A stretch of 64,000 nucleotides of DNA. Origin: Lama glama. Lineage: Eukaryota. Below the pieces are notes generated by a model. That model worked only from the letters and a program-made list of their open reading frames with translations. It made no database searches and was not told the DNA's origin. Position 1 is the first letter of the stretch, and every line of letters begins with the position of its first letter. Of the stretch, positions 23,036 through 36,060 are shown piece after piece. Location: NCBI GenBank assembly GCA_028534125.1, contig CM052816.1:85438001-85502000 (forward strand). The letters are read 5' to 3'. The translations under genes were made by a program, and so were the position numbers.

Positions 23036-25376
23036 CTCTTAAGCATTTGTTCCCATATTTCTGACCACTTTTCCACAAAGAATTTTTTATTCTTGGATTT
23101 GAGTGTCAGGACTTAGGGGATCAAAGTTTCTTTCTTTCTACTTTGAAGTAGATAATTTTCTTTAAATACTTGTTTCCATAATTATCTAATTGTTTCATTC
23201 CAAGTATAATTTAGGCTTACTTACATTTTAATATGTTTAAATTTTATGATATATATTTTATCATAAATTTTATTCAGTTATGTTTATAAAAAACAAGACT
23301 AGGGTAGTTCTTGTGAGCTATAAATCTCAGTCCTTAATATTTATTTTTGTTATATCTTTTGGAACTTTTTATATTCATTTATTAAATCAGTATTTGCATG
23401 TTTCTTTAAATGTTAAATTCATATGTATTAAATGAATTGATATTAATAGCTAAATTATTGGGCAAATATTAATAATTCACTATAGTCATATGTATTTAAA
23501 TTACATGAAAATACTTTCATTATATATCACATGAAACCTATTTTCTTTTCTAAGTACAAATAAGAGTTATCTGCTTAGATTTTTCCACTATTTAACAATT
23601 GCTTATTGATTTTCCCAGAAAATTTCCATTTACATGCAAATGTATGTATAATGCATACATGTACCTATAAATAGAAGCATATGTATCTGTTCTTACAAAT
23701 AGATGAAATATTCTATTATATCTTGTGATTTTGAATCTTACTTTAACTAACAATCACTTCTCAATATCATAGATATAGATTATTTTATTTTATGTACAGA
23801 ATAATGTTCCATTTACAGTATATTAGTATAAATGAATCTCCCATTCTGAGAAATTATTAATTTGTTTCTATCTTTTTACCAAAAAAAAAATGCTGTTTTG
23901 AAAATTCCATATAGATTTATTTAAGTATTTCTATAGGATAAATTTATAAAAAATAGAATTACTAGATCAAAGGCTATATATATTTTAAATTTAATAAGGT
24001 GCTTAGTAATATCATTCACTTGATTTGCACTAGATTTAAGAGTATCAGAAACATTGTGTGTTTTCCAGATTGCAATGATAAACTAAATATTTTATGCTAA
24101 CAGTCTTTCAAACATGTCCCACAAAATGAAATAAAATCTATCACAGGATTCTTCCCTTTTTGGTGTTTCAACTAAGACACATAGTTGGAAAAAGCAAATA
24201 CATTGTATCACTAGTTTTAATATGAGTAACTAAACTGTTCAAGAAGCATTTCCAAAGCCTTTTTACCACCATCAAGTCATTATCTAACTTGATATAAAGG
24301 AGATGAGAAATCAAGAAATAAGACATTCATTTTAATACAATTGTCAAGACCCTCCTGATATTGTGGCCCTTTGAGGAGGGTGGAGTTTGTTCCCACAACT
24401 GTAAGCACAGTGAAGAGGGTGTCCCCTGACCACTGACATGTGACCAGCTGACCATGTAGCCACATGACCATATGCCACATCTTCCACTGACTCTGGGGGA
24501 CACAATCTCTGAAACCTTACAACTGACAAATTCCAAAGGTGAGAGGCTGACTAGAACTGACATAGAAGAGCAAGAGAGAGAGAGCTGGATTAGAATCTGT
24601 CTTTTCATGTGTTTCAGCACAAGGATGCTTGAGTGTTCCCAATGCCTAAGTAAATCTTTGGAAACCCATTGGATTGAATAAATTTTAAAGGTACTTAGCC
24701 TCAATGGTTTGCCTGAAGGTGCAAGATTACTGCTCACAGAAAGTCTCTGGGGGATACGCTGCTGGAACAGGGGTACAGGCATCTCAGTAATCCGAACAGC
24801 CATCTACGTGAGACACATCCTGCCTTGAGCACTGCCAGTGATTGATTTCAAAGATCTGAATCAACCATGAGCACAAAACGGCTTCAAAGATGACAAAATC
24901 AGCCTTAGATTTCCTCAAGCCAGGTTTGAAGTAAATAAACTGTGTACAGTTTTTTTTCTCATTTCTCATAATATACCTTTTCCCTGGCCCCAACACAAGA
25001 AGCGCTATAAGAACAACTATTGAGTTCAGGAGAGTGTGGAATTTCAAAGAGAAAAGAAGTCAGCTGTAACCTCCACCTTCTCCACTATAGATTTCTCATT
25101 CATTGTAAGGCTTATAGGATTCTGAACTAATAGATGATATTAAAAAATATATACAACTAATTTACATTTATAGAAAATTTGTCTAATTTTAATGTATGTT
25201 TCCAAGTGTAAATAATGTATTAATATGGGGAACATAAGTTTTGCTGTTACATTACAAAAAATTGACAGGCATTTACAATATATTTAGGTCTGTTCCTATT
25301 GTGAAGATGAACAGTGAAAAACATGTGGTCCAGCTGCCAATTTCCCTTCCCTAGTAGGTCACATCCAGTGATGGAC

Positions 25377-26268
25377 TGTTGTGGGGTATAAAAGACTGGA
25401 TATTTAAGCTCAACTATAGAGAACTTTGAAAGGCCGTTCTCTATTCAACCTTCTCTCAAGTGATCAGCTGAGAGACCGTTGCCATGCCTGTACTGCAGCT
25501 GAACTGCTCCTTTGGCCCATTTGCCTCCTCCCCATTCCTTGCACAGATGTTAAGCCTAACGTTAGGCAGGTAGGTAGGAATGGGCACTGGGAAAGAGGAG
25601 TGGAACAATCCAGAAGGTAACAGTACACTGGCCCTCAGAATAAAGGGATTCAAAGAGCTTTATGGTGAAAAAGAATATGAGAACGAATATATGTATATTC
25701 ATGTATGATAGAAGCATTCTGCTGTACATCAGAAATTGACACAATGTTGTAAACTGACTATTCTTCAATTAAAAAAAGTAAAAAAAAAAAAAAAAAGAGA
25801 GAGAGAGAGCTTTACTTTCTCTAAATGAGTGCCAATAAGAAACCAGATAGAACCGGACAGCTGCAACTGCAGGATAGAGAGAAGGACCCAACCTGATGTG
25901 ACCCAGTGCTCATTATAATGCAACTAGCATCGTGGTTTAGGCCCCACTGAGGGCTTTTCTGTGTGCATTGTAGGGAAGGACATGCACAATGCGGAAAAGG
26001 TTATATAACCTACACATGCCACTCAAGTGATGTCAACTATCAAATTAGCTTAAGACGGCCCCCAGGGAACCACAGAAAAGAAACAGGGTCTTGGGGAGTC
26101 CTTTGCTTTCCCTCTCCTGGATTAGCTGGCCTTCAGTCCTCCAAAAGTGTACCTTTGCTTTGCTAATAAACCCTTTGTTTACACAATGCTTTCCACCTTC
26201 CTTTGGAATTCTTCTTGTTCAGGTAAGGCAAGAATTGAGGCTATTCCCTTCCCCTTTCTGCGGTAACA
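25377..26268 (+). mobile_element. Probable ERV solo LTR containing a short L1 insertion
   Basis: TGTT...AACA termini, AATAAA at 26165, U5-like 'ggaattcttcttgttcaggtaaggcaagaa'. No clear TSD, so the 5' boundary is uncertain. Confidence 0.6.
25663..25805 (+). mobile_element. Very short young L1 3' end with poly(A)/(GA)n tail
   Basis: 'tggtgaaaaagaatatgagaacgaatatatgtatattcatgtatga...aaactgacta', TSD AGAGCTTTA (25654-25662 / 25806-25814). Confidence 0.85.
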
Positions 26269-26534
26269 CTGAGAGTACTGAAAACATCATGCCAGCTAAA
26301 TTATGTCCCAGAGTTTTCCGCCAGAGGCACCCAACCATCAATACAACAGTAATTTGTTTAATATTAAACAAATCTCTAATGTGGGAACTGTTAATATTCT
26401 CATTTTAAGATAAAGGAATACAGACATGCATATATTTTCAAATATATAAGTAAACATACATAAGGAGTATATAGTAAATATCTAAAGTGAATGCTTTCAA
26501 AGAATTTAGACTCTTAGTTTAAGAAATTTTTGAG

Positions 26535-26685
26535 CGGGGAGGGTATAGTTCAGTGGTAGAGTTTGTGCTTAGCATGCATAAGATCCTGGGTTCAATCCCC
26601 AGTCTCTCCATTAAAAACAAACAAATAAATAAACCTAATTACCCCCCCAACAAAAATATAAAATAAAATAAAATTTTTAAAAAAC
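26535..26685 (+). mobile_element. tRNA-derived camelid SINE (Vic-1-like)
   Basis: 'ggggagggtatagttcagtggtagag...cctgggttcaatccccagt', A-rich tail, TSD-like gaaattttt(t)ga on both sides. Confidence 0.9.
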
Positions 26686-27029
26686 GAAATTTTTGAAAGG
26701 ACTCCATGGAGCAGACCTATGAAGAACAATAGCACATTTATACATAATTTTTGATCAAATCTACAGGATATTTATGGAATAAGCAAGTTGTTTGGCCAGA
26801 TAATTTTTATTTTCCTATCTGATCATTTCTGAAGAAACATCTGTTTGTCATGGCCAAACATCAAGTTTCAATCATTTTTTCAAACTTTCAACTTATCTGC
26901 CTTTTGATTTTGTTCGACTTTTTTGGACCAAGATCTCCCTAATTTTCAAAGATTTTCCCTAGTTTATACCCTACTTCCCTTTCCTAAATGCTATCTACTA
27001 AGTTTAAATCTTTATATTATTCAAGATAA

Positions 27030-27390
27030 GTTATTTTAAACTAGACTGACCATAAGAATCCAGAAACCCCAGTGATTTAGCACAACAAAAGGTTATTTGT
27101 CGGTCTGCCAAAGTCTGCTGCAGTCTGCTAACTCTTTAGAGACTCATGAATACAGTCCGTTTCCATTGTATGGAACCATGATGTCAAGATGTGGGTTCTA
27201 ACACACAATAGCATGGAAAGAGAAAGAAAAATACATCTCATCCCAGGAGTCATGCGTATCATTTCTCTTCGAAGTTATTTAGGAAGAACTAGATTCCATT
27301 TAAGTGCAAGAGACCTGGGAAGCATAGCCTCCTGTTCCTCCTGAAAGGAGAGCACACGAGGCATTGATGAGCACTGGCGATGTCTACAAT
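27030..27390 (-). mobile_element. Old MaLR LTR (MLT1J/K/L-like)
   Basis: 'aaccccagtgatttagcacaacaaaaggttatt...aagtgcaagagacctgggaagcatag'. Confidence 0.5.
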
Positions 27391-29615
27391 CCTCACCCCA
27401 GACCCACCTTATGACTGAAATGGTTATCTACTGTGACTCCCAAGAGAGTCCAGTTGTCACATTCCAGCCAATACAAGAATTCTACATTTTCCAACTCCTT
27501 CTAAAGAAAATACTATTTTGTAACTCTGGATCCAGAACATTCACTATTATAACCTACATCTTTTTTTAACCATTGGCATCCTAGTTACGTTTTTTGGAGT
27601 CCTGGAATTGTTAGCTCACACTTAAATAGTAGTAAAGAATTAGCTTTTGTTAAAGTGTCATTGCTGTTGAGTAGATCTTGTGGAACATCTCTCTATGTTG
27701 ATTTTATTTTAATAATCTTTGGAAAATTTCACAGTGTCATAGAACCAAATAGAATCTTGAATATAGTGAGTTCTCAATAGCTGTTTGCTTAAAGATTAAA
27801 TATTCCATTGTGTCTTGAAATTATAGTTAAAACTGCAAAACACATGTTCCCTTTTCCCAGATAGTGGTTAGTTTTTCAATGCTTTTATAATTGCAGTTGT
27901 GCATCTCAACAATTAGAAGTAGTTATCATTTGGAAAACTGAAGCCTTTGATTATGCAATTTACAGAATTGAAATGTTGAATTCAATTTAATACTATAAAT
28001 GTATATCAACTATGTTCAAAGTCAAGACATCAAGATTATAGGAATAAGGAAATCCAATTAAAACATATACTGTCAATTTTACCTATCTTCTTAAGAACAT
28101 ATTTTTTACTAAAAGCTATAAGATTATTAAGCTAATATTAATTACACATTTTATACACTAAAATATTGAAACATTGAAAGAACACTACATTAGGACTCAA
28201 ATGGTTGCTTTAGTCAATGTTCAATGGTAGAGTATCTAGGATAAATGTATTAAATCTGTGCATCACAGGCATAATTTAGAATGGCTGATTAATAAGGTCA
28301 CTTCCTATTCTAAACAGGTCAATTGTATAATTTCAACAAACCTTATGTCTAGCTTTATTGTAAGAATCATAGACCAAACTGAAACTTTTCTTATGGGTCA
28401 GAAGATGCCTTGGGCACATATGCTACATACCAGCAATTCTATTATTGACTCAGCTATAGATCATCTTGATTTGCCATGAAAACTAACCACTTTATCTTTT
28501 CTGCTCCAGTTCCTTCGGTGGAGGGTCAAAAAATGCTTCTATCCAATTGTGTTATAGAGAGCATATTTATGTCATGCTGTTAGCTCTAATCACCTATAGG
28601 GAAAAAAAAAAAAAAAACCTTGGCCAGCAATACATGGCTTCCTGTTTCCCAGCTGTGTTTTCCAACATTTCCTTCTGTTAAGGTATATTTAGGGTATAGT
28701 AGTAGGAATCTTATGATGAAAAGAACTGATGTTAATATGATGGAGGTTAAGCAGTTCTCTGACAAAGATATACCTGGACAAGATGAAGAAAGATGATTGC
28801 CAGTGATGGATAATGATGTTATTGAAGCAAGTGGCCAGGAAAACAAAAAGAAGCCAGAGGCTAGATCTACATCCTGAGAAAAGTCTGATGATAAACAGCA
28901 AATAAAACTTCAAAGTTTAACACTGTACAGCTACCCTCTACTCCCCGAGAATATTAAAGAAAAAAATTAGCATATATGGATTGATTTTGATTAAAAGCCA
29001 TATATTATAGGAAGCCATTGCTATTACGTTTGTGGGGCCAAAAGCTATATGTTTCATATATATTTTATTTGAGTAAGAAATTAACAAGCACACTCAAAAG
29101 TGGTAAGGAGTACTGCCTTAAAAACTCCAACATTTATATTTGTCCTTAAATATTGACATTGACATTCTATTATTAAAGAAAGTCAGCACAAGGCTTGGAG
29201 TTTCTTCAGCTTTTGAGCGATGTTTTGCACCACTTTAGACTCCATCACTGTGGTGAGATCTAACTGGATGTACAAGTAGCTGTAAGGTTGTAGTTTCAAC
29301 CAGGTCAGGTATATATATGCTGCAGTATCACTATGAAAATGCACTCCTACTGGGAAATAAAAATATCATAAATAAGACAACTAGTGAGAACCCAGGGAAA
29401 CATCAAATAAAGTGGCTTTTATGGCAGCAAAGGAAGAAATAGCACAGGATATTCCTGTGATGAGATGAGACAGGGCTTTTGCTACAACTGGGTACATGGG
29501 GGAGCTAAGAAAGAAAAGATCTAAATTCCAATTCCAAATACCTGCACACCAAGTTCTTGTGTCTCATACTCTAGCAGTAATTAAAAAAAAAAAAAAGAAA
29601 AAAGAAAAAACAAGA

Positions 29616-29770
29616 GGGGAGGGTATAGCTCAAAGTGGTAGAGCACATGCTTAGCATACGTGAGGTCTTGGTATCAATTCCCAGTATGTCCTCTAAAAAT
29701 AAATAAGTAAATAAATAAATTTAATTGCCTCCCTTCAGCAAACCAACAAACAAACAAAACCAAAAAAAAC
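29616..29770 (+). mobile_element. tRNA-derived camelid SINE (Vic-1-like)
   Basis: 'ggggagggtatagctcaaagtggtagagcacatgcttagcat...' with an A-rich tail. Confidence 0.9.
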
Positions 29771-29999
29771 CCCAATAATTCAATTTTTCCATCCCAGTCT
29801 TTATTGATACACATCACTACAAAGAAAATCCAAAGAGTAAGTCCTGTTCAAGTGTTCTTTAGATAGGCCCTAACATGTGTGAACAGCCTACAAAAGGCAT
29901 GAAGGGAGCAAAATTTTAATGTGATGCATAAAAGCTTGCAAGGGGTGGCACCAAATTTACAATGGTAGAGATTTTGCCTAGATTCATTATTGTAGTATG

Positions 30000-30430
30000 A
30001 TAACTTACATTTGAAGAAAATAGAGAAAAGTTATAGAATTTTGAGAGCAAACAGTAAGAATATTGCAAAAAGTATATATAAGCTTTTACACAATTCATTA
30101 CTATTTTACCCTTCTATACTTGAATTTTATCATTTGCTCCCTTAATCTCTCTCTCTCTCACTCACTCTTCATACACACACATATATGCACAGAGGCACAC
30201 ACCAAAGATTTCTGAACAACTTTAGAAGCTGAATACATTGTGGCCCTCTAACAATGAGTATGTGTTTTCTAACAATAGGGAAATTCACACTACAGTTATC
30301 AACCTCAGTACATTTACAAGCAATATTTTACCTAATATACATTTCATCATACAATTTTGTCATTTGAACCAACAATATTCTTTAAAGTATTTTTCCTCAG
30401 TTATTGGCCCCACCCAATCTAAAATTTAGT
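30000..30430 (-). mobile_element. Old L1ME-like 3' fragment
   Basis: Degenerate antisense L1 3'UTR motifs ('ttctgaacaactttaga', 'cacactacagttatcaacctcag'). Confidence 0.45.
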
Positions 30431-30799
30431 ATTGCATGGTGCAGTGGAATTTTGATAGAGATAAAAGAGGGTTTGGAACTCAAAGTGAAGTGTTCAAATG
30501 TTTGAGTTCAGGAAGAGCTTGCTCTTGCTATGGCATCAAATTTTCCAATAATGTAGGTGTTTGTATAAGAACACGTAGTATGGATCTTAGCAATAGGAGG
30601 GGCAGAATTCAATAAACTGGAATGCAATTAAATTCAAATCTATTATGTTCTTCCCCTAATGTCTATCAAGGATAATAGGAAAACAAGCAGGAAAAAGGAT
30701 ATAACATGATATCTGTACCTAAGATTGCTCCCAGTGATATACTTGTTTTCTCCACAAATATGTTGATGAATCCTTGTATAAAATATTTGCTTATTAATG

Positions 30800-31080
30800 A
30801 ATCAGTTCATTTATTTAGCAAATATTCAATGAGTATTTATATATGTTGGGCTTTTCATTGACAAGCTAGGAATAGACAGATGAACTCACAGGAAAGCTCT
30901 CCACAATAGTAGTAGAAGACAAGATCAGAGAAAGCAAAAACTATATCATAAAGTTCATTGTAAGTCTTGATTGGGAGTTTGAAATGTGTTAGAGATATAA
31001 TAATGTTATTAAAGGTGTGGGTAGTACATTGACTTATATTCTAGAAATATACATCTGGATACTGTTTTGAAAATAGATTT
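30800..31080 (-). mobile_element. L2 3' end fragment
   Basis: 'ttcatttatttagcaaatattcaatgagtatttat' is the antisense L2 tail. Confidence 0.55.
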
Positions 31081-31089
31081 TGGAGTGTC

Positions 31090-31600
31090 TGGTAAATTTA
31101 CTGTACTGTAACTCCAATTTTCTATACTCGCCACCACACTTCCCCAACTCCTGTATCATATCTGTAATCATTGCAATGTGTCTTTGCAGCAACTCTCATC
31201 ATTTCTATTTCTCCATCCCTTAAATCCGGCTTGAACTCACAATTTTTGTCCAACAGAATGTGATGGGAGTGCAGTGTTCCAGATCCGAGCCTACGTCTCT
31301 TAAGGCATTGCACACTTCTGTTCTCTCACGTGGATCATCATGAAAAGATGCCCAGGCTAGGCTGCTGCATGAAAAGATGCATGAAGCAAAGCCAGTCGTC
31401 TAAACTGAGGTTATCCTGCATCAGCCAACAACCACTGACTGCCAGATATCTAAGTGTGCCTAAGCCAAGCCCAGAACTGCTCTGCCAAGCTCGGTCAAGA
31501 TCATCAGAAGCACCTAGACTTGTGAACAATCAAAAAACATTCTTTCCTTAAGCCACCAGGTTTGGGGATAGACTGTTTTTCATTCACAGCTCAGCGTTGT
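31090..31600 (+). mobile_element. MaLR LTR (MLT1F/H-like), inserted in L2
   Basis: 'atttctccatcccttaaatccgg...ccaacagaatgtg...aagatgcccaggctaggctgctg...ttaagccaccaggtttgggg'. Confidence 0.7.
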
Positions 31601-32613
31601 AGGGAAATAGTGTTACCAAAGAGGACAGTTAGAGAACTACTATGGCAGCGGAGGCCAGTGAAGATCTTGGCATGAATTATGGCTCTAATATTAAAAATGG
31701 AGAAAAGAACACATTGGGTACATATTTTGAAGATGAAGTCATAGGACTTCTAGATGGTCTAAATGTGGACAGTGTCCAGTTTACTAAATGTCACCTAAGA
31801 CTCCACTTCTATTTTTCCTTAAGGGAATATGCTAAGGTGTGATATTTCTGTGATTTGAAACGAGCTGGAGTTGCTTTGCTGATTATCAGTTTTTAATATT
31901 TTGAGTAGAAAAATATATTTTAAAATAAGTAGTTAATAAAACCTCAGATCAATAAGTGTTATAAAGGGAAGATGTATTTTATACTCATTAATATAATTTT
32001 TATCTTAACATTTGTGGTACTTTGAATTATCCAATGGAAACAATTTTGGAACAACTAATAAAGCTCTACTTGGGAAAAGCTATGCCATTCTTTTTCCTTT
32101 TATGTTTAATTTGGCATGAAAATTCTTCTATCTCTCAATTTATATTCATTTTCAAAATAAAGTATTGGGAAATGATTAAATGAATGTTTAAATAAAGATA
32201 CTTTCTTATAGTTTTGATGTGAAATGCTACAATATAAGAGGCATACTGCAAACAATAAGCTACTCATTTTCAGCTGCTTTGAAATGTCAGGAATCTTACC
32301 TTTTAAAGCATTTTGTATTAAAGCACAATTGCCATTTCATTTTCTTATTGATGAGTAAGTACATCAAGGAAAATTACTCTATGTGTAATATTTTTTTCTG
32401 TTGTTGAAACTCTACAAAACGTAACCCATATAAGCACGTAAACTTTCACAAAGTAGAAAATAAAACGTGAATAAAGATTTGCAAAATGCCTTTCCAATAT
32501 TTTGAAGAATATCATGATTGCCTTTAAAGAGTTAGGGAAATTGTGACGGGTTTCAATGAGCTATTTAATTATCAATTAATCATAACACTGATACAACATT
32601 TTACTTTAACGTC

Positions 32614-32955
32614 TATGATGGTTAATTTTATGTGTTAACTTGACTGGTGTGTGCAGTGCCCAGGCCTTTGGTTAAACATTATTCTGGCTACATCTTTGAG
32701 GGTATTTCTGGGTGAGATTAACATTGACTAGGTGAACTGAGGAAATCAGATTGTCCTCCCTAAAATGGGTGGGCCTTATCCACCCAAGGCTTAAATGGAA
32801 CAAAAACTGGAGTGAGAGAGAATTTACTCTCTCTGCCTGTCTTCGAGTTGTAATGTTATTCTTCTCCTGCCTTCAGACTAGAACTTACATCATGTTCTTT
32901 CCTGCTTTTAAGTCTTTGCCCTCAGACTAGAACTGTATCATTTTTTTCCTAGCTT
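32614..32955 (+). mobile_element. MLT2 (ERVL) LTR, 5' part
   Basis: 'tgatggttaattttatgtgttaacttgactgg...tggttaaacattattctgg...gagattaacatt'. Confidence 0.85.
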
Positions 32956-32984
32956 GAGGTAAAGGGAAGGGTGAAGTGCCAGAA

Positions 32985-34330
32985 ATGCATTCACTTATTC
33001 ATCCAGCAAAATAGACTGAAGATCTGTTAGATGCCAGAAAATGTCCTATATACTAAGGGACAAAGCATTAAAATAAATTCCCTCATGAAGTTTATATTTT
33101 ATTAGGGAAAGAGACTTAAAAAATAAATTAGTAAAATCCACGGTCTGTCAGATAGTGGCACGTGCAGTAGGGAAGCAGAAAGCAGGAGAAGATACATTCG
33201 TTGGGGGAATGTGGTGTTTGAATAAAAACCTGAAAGGAGGGCATAAATGGGGTCTTTGGGGAGGGGTCCCTCAGGCCAATGAAAGTGCAGGGGTACTGTC
33301 CTCGGAGGGAGCACATGTCTGCAGTGCATAAGGCTAAACTATTAAGGCATCATATACTGTAGCCCATGTTGAGGCTTTTGGTTTTTACTATGAAAGAGAT
33401 GTGGGTAGAGTGGAGGATTTGGAGTAGTGATTAGCATGACCTGACCTCTGTTTAACAATGTCCTTCTTGCTGTTGGGTTAGGAACAGATAAAAAGGAACA
33501 CATGTAAAAGCAGGAGGATTGTCTATTGTAATCAACCAGTAGAGTGACAGTGATGGCTTGTACTAGACGATCAGCCAGGGGATGTGTTAGAACTAATTGG
33601 GTTTTGGATATTTTGAAAGTAGAGACAAGGCAGGAGCGGGGCGGGGAGGGGGTTGCTGACACACTGGATGTGAGATATAATGGTATGGGAATCCTCAAAG
33701 ACGATTTCCAGTTTCTATAATCTATCTGTGTAACTGGAAGGGTGGACTTCCCATTTACAGTCATCAGAAAGACTCCCTGGAAAGGGGAGGATTTTGTATA
33801 ATACAGAATCTTTTTGAATGTAAGTCTGAGGTGTAATAAGCCAATAGGAGATTGAGAACACAGTTGGAAATATAATTTGGGAGCTTGTGAGAGCGTTCGG
33901 ACTGAACATATACATTTGGAATGTTTCTGTGTACAAATGATACACAAAAAGCTACAAATTGGCAGAGATTCAAAAGGCACTAGATGCAGGTAGAAAAGAT
34001 AAGTTTTCCAGTGATTGAATTTGGGATATTCTGACATTAAGAAACAATCAAGGAGGAAACTTTAAAGGAAGGATCAATGATACAGGATAAAAATGTTGAG
34101 GGTACACAGTTCTGAAATCTATGTGAGATATATGTTTTCAAATCCAAGGAGGACTGAGAAATGGCTAACATGTTGTGCAAGAATTAGGGCATTAGCATCC
34201 TTACTGAGGGAATACTGAGAGCAAAAGTGTATTTGGAATGGGTTCAAAGGGTACAGGGTGAGAAAAAATTGACTGTAGGCAATATGTTTTTTTTTTCCAA
34301 GAAATTTAATTCTAAATAGAAAACAAAAAT
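32985..34330 (-). mobile_element. L2 (L2a-like) long fragment
   Basis: Antisense tail 'cattcacttattcatccagcaaa' and typical L2 body 'gcatgacctgacctctgtttaa...ggatattttgaaagtagag'. Confidence 0.8.
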
Positions 34331-34787
34331 TGGGCAATAGAGGAAAAAGCAGCATCAAAAGAGGGTTTAATGAAACTATGGCTTTTTTTTTTTTAAAGAA
34401 ATATAAATGTTCAATAGATATGGAGACTTGACGGTGCCGGTGTAATGTGGGCAGTGGGTAGGTTCTGTTTACAAAGAGGAAGGATTTGTCTTTGCCTGAA
34501 GGATAGTCAAGTCCTCGAAAGTTAGAGTTTGGGGAACTTTGAAGCAACTTGAAAAATGAGAGAAAAACATACTCTTGGGAAATACCATAGTTTTCCCAAG
34601 CATCCCTCATGGTCTCTTTCAGGTAGTAGGTGCTCCTGGAATCTGCCGTGATTTCTAATCTCCTGTTTATACAGTTCTCTCCCAGGAATGAGGAGTGCTG
34701 GTAGGGACTGGTGAAACAGATAGAGCCATGTTGTTTGGGGTTCTGGTGTTTAGGATAGGATTTAGTAGGAAGACTAAACATAGTTTG

Positions 34788-35287
34788 NNNNNNNNNNNNN
34801 NNNNNNNNNNNNNNNNNNNNNNNNNNNNNNNNNNNNNNNNNNNNNNNNNNNNNNNNNNNNNNNNNNNNNNNNNNNNNNNNNNNNNNNNNNNNNNNNNNNN
34901 NNNNNNNNNNNNNNNNNNNNNNNNNNNNNNNNNNNNNNNNNNNNNNNNNNNNNNNNNNNNNNNNNNNNNNNNNNNNNNNNNNNNNNNNNNNNNNNNNNNN
35001 NNNNNNNNNNNNNNNNNNNNNNNNNNNNNNNNNNNNNNNNNNNNNNNNNNNNNNNNNNNNNNNNNNNNNNNNNNNNNNNNNNNNNNNNNNNNNNNNNNNN
35101 NNNNNNNNNNNNNNNNNNNNNNNNNNNNNNNNNNNNNNNNNNNNNNNNNNNNNNNNNNNNNNNNNNNNNNNNNNNNNNNNNNNNNNNNNNNNNNNNNNNN
35201 NNNNNNNNNNNNNNNNNNNNNNNNNNNNNNNNNNNNNNNNNNNNNNNNNNNNNNNNNNNNNNNNNNNNNNNNNNNNNNNNNNNNNNN
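34788..35287. other. Assembly gap, exactly 500 N
   Basis: Run of N. Confidence 0.99.
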
Positions 35288-36060
35288 GAAGTGAAAGTGT
35301 AACCAGCCTTACCAGATATTTCAACATACTATGATTTAACTACTTTTTTAAAAACCTGCAGCATTGATACGTGAATAAACAGACTGATGCAACAATAAGT
35401 TAGGAACTTAAGAAATTAGTATGCGTTAAAGATGGTATCTAAAATCATTGATGAAAACATCAACTTTCAAATAAATTGCCTTGGGACAACTGGATAGGAA
35501 TGTAAAGAAAACAAGTAGATTCATTCCTCAAACGATAAAATAATACACTTTAAACTGATCATAGATATAAATGTAAAATGTAATCTAATCATTTAAGCAC
35601 TAGAGAAAAACATCAGTAGATTCTTCTATAACCTTGGTATAGAGGAAGGTTTTCTAATTATGACTGAAAAATCCAGATGCAATAACTGAAAAGATGAGTA
35701 AATCTGACTAAAATACATGTGGAAGAACATAGTCACAAAATATATCAGCAGATATAAATGTGCCTAATAAATAAGATTCTTAAAAATTAATAATATAAAA
35801 AAAAGGATGAGAGAAAAATAGGTGAAGCATATGAACATGTATTTCACAAAAAAAGATATGAAACAGCCTTTTTTTAAAGTTTTTTTTTTCTTTTTCTTTT
35901 TTAATGGAGTTACCGGGGATTGAACCCAGATCCTCATGCATTCTAAGCAGGTGCTCTTAACACTGAGCTATTATCTTCCCCCACAAAATGTCTCTTAATG
36001 ATAGAAAAATATATTCAAATCCAGTTTTAATAAAATAAATGTATTGTAAATATACACTGA
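35288..36060 (+). mobile_element. Old L1 ORF2 3' fragment
   Basis: 'ccttaccagatatt...tttcaaataaattgccttgggacaactggata...atagatataaatgtaaaa'. Confidence 0.65.
35869..35982 (-). mobile_element. tRNA-derived camelid SINE (Vic-1-like)
   Basis: Poly-T followed by 'ggggattgaacccag...catgcattctaagca...actgagcta'. Confidence 0.85.

Noticed and set aside
24327..24803. 158-aa minus-strand ORF as a gene
   Set aside because: No recognisable homology, Ser/Leu-rich composition typical of non-coding frames, and no supporting gene structure. The region is kept only as a regulatory candidate.
26536..26610. tRNA genes at the SINE heads
   Set aside because: A and B boxes are present, but there is no proper acceptor stem. 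A-rich tails and TSDs show these are SINEs.
33342..34037. 231-aa minus-strand ORF
   Set aside because: Lies wholly within a decayed L2, starts at a non-ATG codon and has no recognisable intact domain.
34119..35327. 402-aa and 199-aa ORFs
   Set aside because: Artefacts of reading through the 500-N gap. The remainder is L2-derived or flanking sequence.
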